Source: Patescibacteria group bacterium
GTDB taxonomy: Bacteria > Patescibacteriota > Minisyncoccia > 2-02-FULL-40-12
Assembly (NCBI GenBank): GCA_038062015.1
Contig: JBBTXZ010000003.1
Location: 7,857-71,856 of the forward strand
Direction of reading: 5' to 3'
DNA: 64,000 nt
The position numbers and the translations under genes are program-made. The stretch's first letter is position 1. Each line of letters opens with the position of its first letter. The notes under the pieces were generated by a model. It was not told where the DNA came from and searched no databases. It saw only the letters and a list, made by a program, of their open reading frames with translations. Below are positions 18,083-27,510 of the stretch, piece by piece.

Positions 18083-18290
18083 TTAAAAATTTGTAAAAAG
18101 CGCGAGGCATATGTCTCTCGGGAAGTTCTGGAGACCGAGTAGCAAGGTAAGTCAAGATTGTTTGAACCCCGAGCTTGTCGAGGGGAAGTCTTGACTTTAC
18201 GAGGTCGTAAGTACAGCGAGCAAAACTCGCTGGGTTTTGCGAGCGGTTCCCGAAGACATATGCCGAGAGCAGCTTTTTATAAATTTTTAA
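18083..18290 (+). ncRNA. Long structured element overlapping the 3' end of the S41 protease gene
   Basis: 19-bp outer stem, ggcatatgtct/agacatatgcc, tcgggaa/ttcccga and aagtcaaga/tcttgactt stems; internal ccccgagcttgtcgagggg. Confidence 0.55.
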
Positions 18291-19506
18291 TCACTTCAAT
18301 CGCCTTTTCCAACTGCGGATCCAGGTCACTTTTGATGTCTTCTTCGGTTCTCTCAACCTTAATGTCCGGCTCGATCCCTTCATCAGAAATTGACCGGCCT
18401 TTTGGCGTCAACCACTTTGCCACTGTAACCTTTAAAGCCGTTTTAAATCTTAATTCTTCAATCTGCTGAACCGAACCTTTGCCAAAAGTCTTTTCCCCTA
18501 TTAATTTAACCCCTTTATTATCGTGTAAAGCGCCAGCCACAATTTCCGATGCCGAAGCTGAACCTTTATTTATCAATATCACGACTTTCACATCCTTCAA
18601 AAAGCCATTTGGTTTAGCTTTCAACTCATCTTTTTGGCCGATGCCCCGCTGAGCGGGGCCGTTGCCGAAATCCTCAATCACCACCACTTGGCCCGGCTCC
18701 AGGAAATAGCTTGAAATATCAATAGCTAAATCAAGAAGCCCGCCCGGATTGTTCCTTAAATCCAAAATCAATTTTTTGGCGGCGCCCTGTTTTTTTAATT
18801 CTTTAAGCGCTTGGTCAAACTCATTTTTAGCTATCTGATTAAAGCTGAAAAGCTGGATATGGCCTATGTCAGGCTCTATTTTTAACCATTTGACCGTCGG
18901 GATTTTTATCCTGTCTCTGGTTAGTTCAAATTCTTTAGTTTCTTCTTGGCTGTCTTTTTTTCTAGAAATAGTTAAAATAACTTTAGTTCCCCGTCGCCCC
19001 CTTATTTTCGAAACTGCTTCTTCTAAAGTGATTCCGGCGGTTGAATCGCTGTCAATTTTTAAAATTTTATCGCCGGCAATTATTCCGGCCCGGTCAGCCG
19101 GCGTATCCTTTAAAGGCGCAATAACTGTCAATACATCTTCCCTCATTCCAATTTCAATTCCTATTCCGGCAAATTCCCCTTTTATGTCTTCCTGCAGTCT
19201 CTTGGATTCTTTAGCTTCTAAAAATACGGTAAAAGGATCGCCGACGCTTTTTACCATTCCCTCAATTGCTCCAAAAATCATTTCTTGAGTGTTTAAATCT
19301 GAACGGCCGACGTATCTTTCGTGGATTAAATTCCAAGCATCCCAAAATAAACTAAAATCAACCGATTCGGGCTGGCCGAGATCTCTATTGATCAACTCTC
19401 TCAACCCGCCGCCAAAAGGCTCCCGGCTTTTTTGAAACTCAATCCCGCCGAAAAAACCGGCTACCAGAGAAATAATTATGATTGTAACGAGAGTTTTTCT
19501 GTTCAT
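18277..19506 (-). CDS. ctpA: S41 carboxyl-terminal processing protease
   Basis: PDZ (GIGIEI), LDLRNNPGG, SASASEI, TFGKGSVQ. Confidence 0.93.
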   Translation of the reverse strand: MNRKTLVTIIIISLVAGFFGGIEFQKSREPFGGGLRELINRDLGQPESVDFSLFWDAWNLIHERYVGRSDLNTQEMIFGAIEGMVKSVGDPFTVFLEAKESKRLQEDIKGEFAGIGIEIGMREDVLTVIAPLKDTPADRAGIIAGDKILKIDSDSTAGITLEEAVSKIRGRRGTKVILTISRKKDSQEETKEFELTRDRIKIPTVKWLKIEPDIGHIQLFSFNQIAKNEFDQALKELKKQGAAKKLILDLRNNPGGLLDLAIDISSYFLEPGQVVVIEDFGNGPAQRGIGQKDELKAKPNGFLKDVKVVILINKGSASASEIVAGALHDNKGVKLIGEKTFGKGSVQQIEELRFKTALKVTVAKWLTPKGRSISDEGIEPDIKVERTEEDIKSDLDPQLEKAIEVIKNL

Positions 19507-19516
19507 TTAAAGTTTC

Positions 19517-20647
19517 TTAATTATACTTTAAATCTCCTAAAATATCCAGAATTTCTTTTTTGAATCGCTCAAAGCTGAATTTTTTAGAATACTTCCCTAT
19601 TGCCTCTTTATTATAGCGGCCATCTCTTATTTTTCTATCAATTGATTTTATCGCTTCGGCTAACTCGTCTTGTTTTAGTTTGTAAAAAAACTCTCCGGTT
19701 ATGCCTTCTAAAACCGTTTCGGTTGCTCCGCCGGCATTATACGCCAAAACCGGTTTTCCAAAAGACATCGCTTCAATCGGCGAGATTCCAAAATCTTCTT
19801 CATTGCAAATAAGGTAAGCTAAGCAGTTTTGGTAATAAAAAGACAATTCTTCATCCGGCACAAAACTAACTAATTTTATATTCCCGCTCTCCCCTACTAA
19901 TTTTTTCAAATGCTTTTTTTCCGGACCTTCGCCGGCGATAATTAAATTAAACTCCGGTAAATTTTTAAAAGTTTCAACCGCCAAATCAATATTTTTATGC
20001 GGGTAGAGCTGACTGACAATCAAAAAATAATTTTGAAATTTAAAGTTAGCGATTAGCGATTGACGATTAGCGATTGTGTTAACTGGCGGATAAATCACTC
20101 TTACCTCGCGGCCATAATATTTTTTAATCCTTTCAGCCACATGATTTGAGTTGGCGATAACGATATCCGGCCTTTGGCCGGCCGACCAATCCGAAAGCCT
20201 CAATAAATGCTGCCCCAGTTTAATTAAAGACAACTTGAACCCACTCCTGCCTCTTTCTTTAAAATCCCTGACATATTCATGGGTTCTATCCCATAAAATA
20301 CGGGAAGGGCTGTGATAGTAACAAATATGTTTTGAATCTTGTTTTACCAAAATACCGTGGCTGAATTCATGGTTTGAGGAAATAACCAGATCGAATTCTG
20401 ATAAATCAAAAGATTCCACAACCAAAGGCATTAAAACTTTAAACCAAGGATGGAGTTTTTTTATATTCGGGATTTTTTGCAGAAACGAAGGAATTATTTT
20501 TGCACGAGGAAGATATTCGGAAGCGAATTTTTTATCGTAAAAAAGAGTATAGATTGGTGCTTCCGGGGAAATTTTATGCAAGGCGATTAAAACCCTTTCG
20601 GCGCCTCCTAAATGAGTAAGCCAATCGTGGACAAGAGCTATTTTCAT
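19517..20647 (-). CDS. Glycosyltransferase family 4
   Basis: MKIALVHDWL..GGAERV, EDFGISPIEAMSFGKPV. Confidence 0.92.
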   Translation of the reverse strand: MKIALVHDWLTHLGGAERVLIALHKISPEAPIYTLFYDKKFASEYLPRAKIIPSFLQKIPNIKKLHPWFKVLMPLVVESFDLSEFDLVISSNHEFSHGILVKQDSKHICYYHSPSRILWDRTHEYVRDFKERGRSGFKLSLIKLGQHLLRLSDWSAGQRPDIVIANSNHVAERIKKYYGREVRVIYPPVNTIANRQSLIANFKFQNYFLIVSQLYPHKNIDLAVETFKNLPEFNLIIAGEGPEKKHLKKLVGESGNIKLVSFVPDEELSFYYQNCLAYLICNEEDFGISPIEAMSFGKPVLAYNAGGATETVLEGITGEFFYKLKQDELAEAIKSIDRKIRDGRYNKEAIGKYSKKFSFERFKKEILDILGDLKYN

Positions 20648-20672
20648 TCACGGTTTTCTAATCCTAACGATA

Positions 20673-21689
20673 TCATCTTCTCGTGATTATATTCCTCTTA
20701 TAAATATCCAAATTTTCCAGAACCATTCCAGTCCCTTTGGCTACGCAAAGAAGCGGCTCATCGGCGATGTGCGAGGTAACACCAGTCACTCGGGTCACAA
20801 AAACATCCATGTTTTTTAGAAGAGCGCTGCCGCCGGTAAGCATTATCCCCCGTTCAATTATGTCGGCGCAAAGTTCGGGCGGAGTTTCCTGCAAAACCTT
20901 CTTGACCACCTGGCTGATTTCTTTCAGCTGTTCCTGAATAGCTTCATTGACTTCATTAGAAGTAATATCGATCGTTTTAGGAAGACCGGTAACCAGGTCA
21001 CGGCCTCTAATAGATAATGTTTCTTCGCTAGAGATTCTCACCGCTGTCCCGATATTTATTTTAATCAATTCGGCTGTTCTTTCGCCTATCGCCAGATTGT
21101 GCTTTTTTTTGACGTAATCAATAATTCCTTGGTCAATTTTATTGCCGCCACATCTTATGCCGGCGCTTACCACCACTCCGCCCAAACTAATTATGGCTAC
21201 TTCAGTCGTGCCGCCGCCGATATTAACCACCATGTGGCCATAAGAAGAATTAATCGGGATCCCCGCGCCGATTGCCGCCAAAACCGGCTCTTTAACAAGA
21301 TAAACCGCTTTTACTCCGGCATTCATCCCAGCTTCAATCACCGCTCTTCTTTCGGTTGAATTTATGGCCACCGGCACCGAAATCAAAATTTCTTTTTTAG
21401 AAAAATTGAATTTATTGAACGATTTGTTAATAAAGTATTTTATCATTGCCTGAGTCACTTTATAATCGGCAATCACCCCTTCTTTAAGGGGTTTGACCAC
21501 TGAAATCGTATCCGGCGCCCGGCCGACCATTTCTTTGGCTAAGCTGCCCACGGCCAGGATGCGGTTATCAAATAAAGAAATGGCCACCACCGATGGTTCA
21601 TTGATTTTAATGCCGTTGCCCGGAACAAAGACAAGAGTATTGGTTGTTCCTAAATCTATCCCGATTTTTCTGGACATTGTTAGATTCAC
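20673..21689 (-). CDS. mreB: MreB/Mbl-family actin homologue (paralogue 1; start may be ATG 21677)
   Basis: IGIDLGTTNT, NEPSVV, NIGGGTTE, LTGGSALL. Confidence 0.9.
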   Translation of the reverse strand: MNLTMSRKIGIDLGTTNTLVFVPGNGIKINEPSVVAISLFDNRILAVGSLAKEMVGRAPDTISVVKPLKEGVIADYKVTQAMIKYFINKSFNKFNFSKKEILISVPVAINSTERRAVIEAGMNAGVKAVYLVKEPVLAAIGAGIPINSSYGHMVVNIGGGTTEVAIISLGGVVVSAGIRCGGNKIDQGIIDYVKKKHNLAIGERTAELIKINIGTAVRISSEETLSIRGRDLVTGLPKTIDITSNEVNEAIQEQLKEISQVVKKVLQETPPELCADIIERGIMLTGGSALLKNMDVFVTRVTGVTSHIADEPLLCVAKGTGMVLENLDIYKRNIITRR

Positions 21690-21721
21690 AATTTAACAAA
21701 ATTAGTGTAAAATGACAATCT

Positions 21722-22597
21722 ATGGGTAAAAGGTCGAAAAACCTGATTTTAATCGGTTCGTTTATTTCCTTTTTTATTTTAAGCTATCTGATCGTACTAT
21801 ACGCTTTCGGCTACCAGTTTGATTTTAAAAATTTAAAATGGATAGAAACCGGAGGTATTTTGGTTAAAGCAAATCTAGACGGAGTTAAAGTTTATATCGA
21901 CGGCCAGCTTAAAGGTAAAACTTCGTTTTTATCAAACACATTTGTTGAAAAAAACCTTTTGCCCGGAAAGTACGAATTAGAATTTCAAAAAGAAGGATTC
22001 TCAATTTTAAATAAAATCGTTGAAATTAAATCCGGCGAAGCGAGCCAGTTAGCCAATCTTTATCTGACCGAGGTCGAAGAGATAAACGAATTTATTGAAA
22101 ACTCTAAACCGATAAAAGAAAATCCAGACTATTTTATAAGTAAAACCGACGGCCTCCTTTATCGGGAGTTTGAAAATGAGAAAATAGAAAAAATTTCTTC
22201 CGAGTCGGTTTATATAAAAAATTTCAGTTTAAAAATCCTGCAGGAAAATGTCTATCTGGCTTCCCGCGACTCTAAAGCGCCGGGAGCCTTCCTGCTGGAT
22301 TCGAAAGGCCAATGGCTGGAAATCCATTCTTTGCCGACTAATGACCTTATTTTATCGCCGGACAACAGAAAACTGGCCGTAGTCGGCCCAAATGAGATAA
22401 CTATTTTATGGCTCAAAAATGAGAATGGGCCGCCTTATTTTGAAAAAAGCCACAAAGAAACTTTGAAAATCAGGGAAACAATAAAAAAGGCATTTTGGTT
22501 TAAAACCGGCTGGCATATCATCTACCTGACCGAAAACGGCGAAACCCATTTTTTAGAAATAGACCCTCTTGGCGGCCGGAACGATCTAGTTATTTAG
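21722..22597 (+). CDS. PEGA-domain membrane-anchored protein
   Basis: N-terminal TM, GGILVK...VYIDG...NLLPGKY...KEGF. Confidence 0.75.
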   Translation: MGKRSKNLILIGSFISFFILSYLIVLYAFGYQFDFKNLKWIETGGILVKANLDGVKVYIDGQLKGKTSFLSNTFVEKNLLPGKYELEFQKEGFSILNKIVEIKSGEASQLANLYLTEVEEINEFIENSKPIKENPDYFISKTDGLLYREFENEKIEKISSESVYIKNFSLKILQENVYLASRDSKAPGAFLLDSKGQWLEIHSLPTNDLILSPDNRKLAVVGPNEITILWLKNENGPPYFEKSHKETLKIRETIKKAFWFKTGWHIIYLTENGETHFLEIDPLGGRNDLVI

Positions 22598-22625
22598 AAA
22601 AGAAAACCCGCCGAAGCGAGTTTTC
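22598..22625 (-). terminator. UUCG-capped terminator hairpin
   Basis: Minus strand gaaaactcgc-TTCG-gcgggttttc followed by ttttc. Confidence 0.65.
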
Positions 22626-22792
22626 CGCTGGCGGGTTGGGCTAGTTCTTTTGAACTGGCATTGCTGGTCAGGCATCAGCTATCGCACATTCGTTTGAGCA
22701 ATCGTTCAGTCGCTTTTACTTCATAATCCGAATAGCGAATGTATTGAAGTTAAATTATTGTTTATTTCAATGCGGCGTCGCCCATCTTTAAC

Positions 22793-23404
22793 TCAAAATT
22801 TTTTGAGCTTTTTTCTTAGATCAACTATTCCACTACCAGTTTTAACCCAATTACCTTTTTCGTCTTTCTTTATACCTTCCCAAGACATCGCCCTGCCTTT
22901 ACCATCGGGATAATTAACATCTTCCTGGCCCCAGATCCATTTATAGGCTTTCAATATAACTTCGGGTTCTTCACCATTTATATCTTTCCATTTAACATCT
23001 CTGAGAACGTCATCCGGTTCCTTTCCATTATAGACTTTTTCCAAAGCGTTTATAATTTCTATTGTTCCTTTAGGATCTTTATGGCTCTTTTCTTCTAAAT
23101 CTTCAAATATATTTTTATGAGAAATGAGCCATAATGTTTTATCAGTAGGATTAAATATCCAAACCATAAAATCTTCTCGTTTTATGGTGCCAAAAGTAAA
23201 TTTACCGCCCGGTTTTGTTATTACTATTTTCCTCCCATCTTTTAATGATTCGACTTCGTATCCCCTATAAGCGATACTCTCCAACTCTTTTCTAAATCTG
23301 TCTTTAGGAGCATTCTTAATTTTAAGATCGGTGAGATTAATTTCGTGAGCATAAATATTTATTTTTGCTTTTCTTTTTGTATTTACTTTGTCAACTTTAC
23401 TCAT
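22793..23404 (-). CDS. Hypothetical protein coupled to the MTase; candidate restriction endonuclease
   Basis: ATGA overlap with the MTase stop; no family recognised. Confidence 0.65.
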   Translation of the reverse strand: MSKVDKVNTKRKAKINIYAHEINLTDLKIKNAPKDRFRKELESIAYRGYEVESLKDGRKIVITKPGGKFTFGTIKREDFMVWIFNPTDKTLWLISHKNIFEDLEEKSHKDPKGTIEIINALEKVYNGKEPDDVLRDVKWKDINGEEPEVILKAYKWIWGQEDVNYPDGKGRAMSWEGIKKDEKGNWVKTGSGIVDLRKKLKKF

Positions 23405-24246
23405 ATCGAAGAAAATACAGAATTAGATATAGATGCCTTAAGACGTCTAACAGATAAATCTAAATATTCTTTTTCAGCATCAATGCCTATGAATTTTCTC
23501 CCGTTTTTTATCGCGGCCAATCCAGTTGTTGAACTGCCGGTAAAAGGGTCTAATACTATATCGCTCTTATTAGTGCTGGCTAAAATGATTCTTTCTAATA
23601 AAGCTACTGGTTTTTGAGTCGGGTGCTTGCCGAATTTTTTTTCTTCTTTTTGAGGCGTGATAAATGACCAAATTGTTCTCATTTGTTTATCAGAAACTTT
23701 AATTAAATCTTCCGGCCATTTTCCGGTTCTCATTAAGTTATAATTAAAAGTATGTTTGGCTTTCTTGTCTTTTCTTGCCCAAAGTAATGTTTCGTGGCTT
23801 GCAGTAAAATAACGGCCACTAAGATTCGGTGATGCATTAGGTTTAAACCAGGCAATATCATTGAGTATATGATAGCCGAGTGACTGCAAAGCATAACCGC
23901 ACTGATAAATAGAGTGGTAGGTGCCGCTAATCCAAATAGTTCCGCGAGGTTTTAATACTCTTTTACACTCGCTAATCCAATTTATATGAAACTGGAGATC
24001 TTCTTCAAAGCCATTGCTTTTATCCCAGTCGCCTTTATTCACACTCACTCTTTTACCGGCATGAACGGTAAATCCTCCATTTGATAAGTTATAAGGAGGG
24101 TCGGCAAAAATCATATCTATAGAGTTTTCCGGTAGTTGTTGGAGTAGTTTAAGAGAATCACCGTGATACAAAACAAAATTATCAGCTGTAAAATAAGGCT
24201 TTTCTTTTACCTTGGATAAAATTTTACCGTTAGTCCCGTCCGCCAT
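23401..24246 (-). CDS. Beta-class N6-adenine/N4-cytosine DNA methyltransferase (DpnA/M2.DpnII-like)
   Basis: FADPPY precedes HPTQKP and LDPFTGSSTT; VSVNKGDWD. Confidence 0.92.
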   Translation of the reverse strand: MADGTNGKILSKVKEKPYFTADNFVLYHGDSLKLLQQLPENSIDMIFADPPYNLSNGGFTVHAGKRVSVNKGDWDKSNGFEEDLQFHINWISECKRVLKPRGTIWISGTYHSIYQCGYALQSLGYHILNDIAWFKPNASPNLSGRYFTASHETLLWARKDKKAKHTFNYNLMRTGKWPEDLIKVSDKQMRTIWSFITPQKEEKKFGKHPTQKPVALLERIILASTNKSDIVLDPFTGSSTTGLAAIKNGRKFIGIDAEKEYLDLSVRRLKASISNSVFSSI

Positions 24247-24354
24247 AAGAAAATTATCTCTATTTTTTGATAATAAATCAATATTAACTTCAACGGCTTA
24301 CCCTAGTCGGTCTATTAAGAAAAAGTGCCCAAGTGGGTGCTTTTTCAAAACTTT

Positions 24355-24831
24355 TTAGCGCTTCGCCCACTGCGGGGCCTTACGGGCTTTCTTTAATCCA
24401 TATTTCCTGCGTTCTTTGATACGGGAGTCCTGGGTCAGATAGCCGAATTTTTTGAGTTTCTTCTTATAGTTGATGTCAAATAAAACCAAAGCCCGCGATA
24501 TTCCAAGCCGAATCGCCTCGGCTTGCCCTTTTAATCCCCCGCCTCCAACCTTTACAGAGCCCTTGAACCTGTCCAGTGATTTTAATTTTTTCAACGGTTC
24601 TTCAACCTCGTTTTGAAGAAATAGATCTTTGAAATATTCCTGATAAGGCTTTTGATTAATTGAAATCAGGCCTTTGTCTTCGGGAAATTTATCGCCGGCT
24701 TTCTTAGTAAAAAGTCTTACTCGGGCAACTGATTCTTTTCTCCGGCCGACTGCTTCAAGATATCTCTCTCTTTCTTCAACGGCTTCCTCTGTTTTCACCT
24801 CTTTTTTTATCTTCGTTTTTGCTTTAGGCAT
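24355..24831 (-). CDS. rpsI: 30S ribosomal protein S9
   Basis: GRRKESVARVRL, GGGLKGQAEAIRLG, ERRKYGLKKARKAPQWAKR. Confidence 0.97.
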   Translation of the reverse strand: MPKAKTKIKKEVKTEEAVEERERYLEAVGRRKESVARVRLFTKKAGDKFPEDKGLISINQKPYQEYFKDLFLQNEVEEPLKKLKSLDRFKGSVKVGGGGLKGQAEAIRLGISRALVLFDINYKKKLKKFGYLTQDSRIKERRKYGLKKARKAPQWAKR

Positions 24832-24835
24832 CGGG

Positions 24836-25174
24836 TTATTTTATTTCAAGATTCTTTATCATTTCTTTCCTTAACCTGTTTTTGGGCAGCATTCCCCAGA
24901 CCGCGCGTCTTAAAACTTCGTTTGGATTTTTTTGGAAAACGTCTTTGACTTTTTTCTCTCTTAAGCCCCCGGGGTAGCCGGAATAATGATAATATTTTTT
25001 TTGCTCCATTTTTTTCCCAGTCAGTTTTACTTTTTGAACGTTTTCAACCAAGACTTTTTCACGAGATAAAATATGGGGCTGAAACTTAGGATTAGTCTTG
25101 CCGCGTAAAATAGAGGCTACTTGTGAAGCCAGGCGCCCCAAAGATTGATTTGTTGCATCTATTCTGTAAATCAT
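24836..25174 (-). CDS. rplM: 50S ribosomal protein L13 (short form)
   Basis: IDA....LGRLAS, HYSGYPGGL, AVWGMLPKN. Confidence 0.96.
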   Translation of the reverse strand: MIYRIDATNQSLGRLASQVASILRGKTNPKFQPHILSREKVLVENVQKVKLTGKKMEQKKYYHYSGYPGGLREKKVKDVFQKNPNEVLRRAVWGMLPKNRLRKEMIKNLEIK

Positions 25175-25213
25175 GTATCTTCCGGAAGCCTTGCTTCCGG
25201 AATCTTAAATCTA

Positions 25214-25561
25214 TTACACCAATTCAATAATCGCCATTTTCGCGCCATCAGATTCACGAGGCGCTAATTTTATTATTCTGGTATAGCCGCCACGCCTTTC
25301 TTTGTATGAAGGGGCGATGTCATTGAATAGTTTTTGAGTAATTGAATTGGGTAAATATCTTCTGACCTGGCGTCTTTTATGAAGATCGCCCGCCTTGGCT
25401 TTAGTAATCAGAGGTTCTATGAACCGTCTTAATTCTTTGGCTTTAGCTTCAGTGGTTTTTATTTTTTTATGAAGCACCAGTGAAGAAACAAGGCTTCTGA
25501 ATAAAGCCTTCCGTTGTTCTTTAACTCTCCCGAATTTTCCCCCTTTCTTTCTTTTACGCAT
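25214..25561 (-). CDS. rplQ: 50S ribosomal protein L17
   Basis: [31 protein letters not shown]. Confidence 0.97.
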   Translation of the reverse strand: MRKRKKGGKFGRVKEQRKALFRSLVSSLVLHKKIKTTEAKAKELRRFIEPLITKAKAGDLHKRRQVRRYLPNSITQKLFNDIAPSYKERRGGYTRIIKLAPRESDGAKMAIIELV

Positions 25562-25579
25562 AATTAAACTTTGAAACTT

Positions 25580-26365
25580 TTAAACTTTTTCTTTCTTCGG
25601 TCTTCCTCTTTTCTTCTTAGACTTATCTTCTTTACTTTCAGAAAATATCGGTTTTTCCCCTTTGGCTGGGTCTTCTGACTTTAAATTCACGTTCTCGCCT
25701 ATGGTTTTAAACTGCTCAAGTAAAATTTCAACCGCTTTTTTTAAAACTTCTTCGGGGGCGGCGCTGCCGTCTGTTTCAATATTTATGAATAATTTATTGT
25801 AATCAGTCTTATCTCCTACTCTGATATTTTCAACCTGGAAACTGACCCTTTTTACCGGACTGAAAATCGCATCAATGGCTATTTCTCCCACTGAAAGTTT
25901 TTCCTTCTGTTTTTGTTCAACCGGCACATAGCCAATGCCTTTTTCCACTTCTATTTCCATATTCACTTCGGCACGCTTATCGCTGATTGTTAAGACTAAT
26001 TGATCCGGATTAACTACGCTTGCGCCGGTAGGAAGTTTTAAATCGACGGCTTTAACTTCTCTTTCGCCTTTTACGGCCAATATCGCTTTAGCCGAATCAA
26101 GGCCGGACAATTTAAATCTGACTTTTTTTAAATTTAAAATTATATCCACCACATCTTCTAAAACGCCGGGGATAGTTGTGAATTCATGAGGTACGCCTTC
26201 TATTTTAATTTTAACCGCCGCTGCTCCCTCCATCGATGAAAGCAAAACCCGTCTCAATGAATTCCCTATGGTCGCACCATATCCGGTATAAAGGGGGCTA
26301 ATTTCAAAAACCGTCCGGTTCCCCTGTTTTTCGACTACTTTTAATTCTCCGATAAGTATGGACAT
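25580..26365 (-). CDS. rpoA: RNA polymerase alpha subunit lacking the alphaCTD
   Basis: PL..GYG.T.GNSLRRVLLSS, HEF..IPGV.ED, IDAIFSPV, IETDG; only 261 aa; located between rpsD and rplQ. Confidence 0.95.
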   Translation of the reverse strand: MSILIGELKVVEKQGNRTVFEISPLYTGYGATIGNSLRRVLLSSMEGAAAVKIKIEGVPHEFTTIPGVLEDVVDIILNLKKVRFKLSGLDSAKAILAVKGEREVKAVDLKLPTGASVVNPDQLVLTISDKRAEVNMEIEVEKGIGYVPVEQKQKEKLSVGEIAIDAIFSPVKRVSFQVENIRVGDKTDYNKLFINIETDGSAAPEEVLKKAVEILLEQFKTIGENVNLKSEDPAKGEKPIFSESKEDKSKKKRGRPKKEKV

Positions 26366-26367
26366 AT

Positions 26368-27006
26368 TTATCTCGAGTAAAATTCTATTATAGCCTGAAT
26401 ATCTTTGTGATCAAGGCCGCTTTCGGCTAAATTCGGTAAATTTTTTATTCTGCCGATAAAACTTTCTTTATCTACGTCAAGCCAGCTCGGCGGCTGGTAT
26501 TTTTTAAAAAATCTAGGCAAAAAAGAAGAAAAATATCTGTTCCCCAGATTACTTGGCTTTATTTTTATAGTATCTCCGACCTTAACCTTAGAAGAAGGAA
26601 TATTAATAGGCTTTTCATTAACCAAGAAATGACCGTGGCTTACAAGTTGTCTGGCAGTATCTCTGGCGTCTGAAAAACCCATTCTGAAAACGACATTATC
26701 AAGCCTTCTTTCCAAATTTTGGATCAAGGCCTCACCTCTGTCGCCTTTTGATTTCAAAGACTGATCAATGTATTTTCTGAATTGTTTTTCTAAAACCCGA
26801 TAAATAGCTCTGATTTTCTGTTTTGAAATCAGCTGAAGGCCGTACTCGGAAAGTTTTCTGCTTTTTGTTCTTCTGCCGTGCATTCCCGGTGGATAAGGTT
26901 TTTTTACGGTTGCCGCTTTTGGAGAATAAGAACGCTCGCCTTTCAAAAAAAGCTTTTCACCAAGTCGTCTTTCAATTTTTTCTTTTGGTCCGGTGTATCT
27001 GGCCAT
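26368..27006 (-). CDS. rpsD: 30S ribosomal protein S4
   Basis: MARYTGP, LERRLDNVVFRMG, ARQLVSHGH, IIEFYSR. Confidence 0.97.
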   Translation of the reverse strand: MARYTGPKEKIERRLGEKLFLKGERSYSPKAATVKKPYPPGMHGRRTKSRKLSEYGLQLISKQKIRAIYRVLEKQFRKYIDQSLKSKGDRGEALIQNLERRLDNVVFRMGFSDARDTARQLVSHGHFLVNEKPINIPSSKVKVGDTIKIKPSNLGNRYFSSFLPRFFKKYQPPSWLDVDKESFIGRIKNLPNLAESGLDHKDIQAIIEFYSR

Positions 27007-27053
27007 GATTTAGTTGATTAGTTTTAAACTAATCAACTACTTGATTAACTAAT

Positions 27054-27497
27054 TTATACTCTTCTCGGTTTCGGCGGCTTAACTCCGCCGTGCGGAATAG
27101 CCGTTCTATCAATTATTCCTCTGATATCTATGCCGGCCGAAGAAAGCCCCCTGATTGCCGCTTCACGTCCGGGGCCGACCCCTTTGACATAAACCTCAGC
27201 CTCGGTAAAGCCAAATCTTTTAGCTTTTTCTGCAGCCGCCTTACCGACCAAAGTGGCGGCAAAAGGCGTTGATTTTCTTGTGCCTTTAAATCCGAGATTG
27301 CCGGCCGAAGCCCAAGCGATAACATCTCCTTTTCCATCGGTTACGGCAACAATCGTATTATTAAAACTCGAATTTATAAAAACATTGCCTTTGATTACTT
27401 GTTTTTTAGCGGTTTTTTTTGAAACCTTAACTTCAATCCCTTTGTCAACGGCCAATGTTTCGTCGCTTGATTTTGTAACTATTTTTTTCTTACCCAT
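27054..27497 (-). CDS. rpsK: 30S ribosomal protein S11
   Basis: SSFNNT, GFKGTRKSTPFAA, GPGREAAIR, IPHGG. Confidence 0.97.
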   Translation of the reverse strand: MGKKKIVTKSSDETLAVDKGIEVKVSKKTAKKQVIKGNVFINSSFNNTIVAVTDGKGDVIAWASAGNLGFKGTRKSTPFAATLVGKAAAEKAKRFGFTEAEVYVKGVGPGREAAIRGLSSAGIDIRGIIDRTAIPHGGVKPPKPRRV

Positions 27498-27510
27498 AAA
27501 ATTTCTGAGT

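Noticed and set aside
3242-18290. Integron interpretation (hairpins as attC sites after orphan cassettes, recombinase as IntI)
   Set aside because: No RYYYAAC/GTTRRRY cores at the hairpin ends, the elements are dispersed rather than arrayed, and the recombinase lacks the IntI-specific insertion and looks Xer-like
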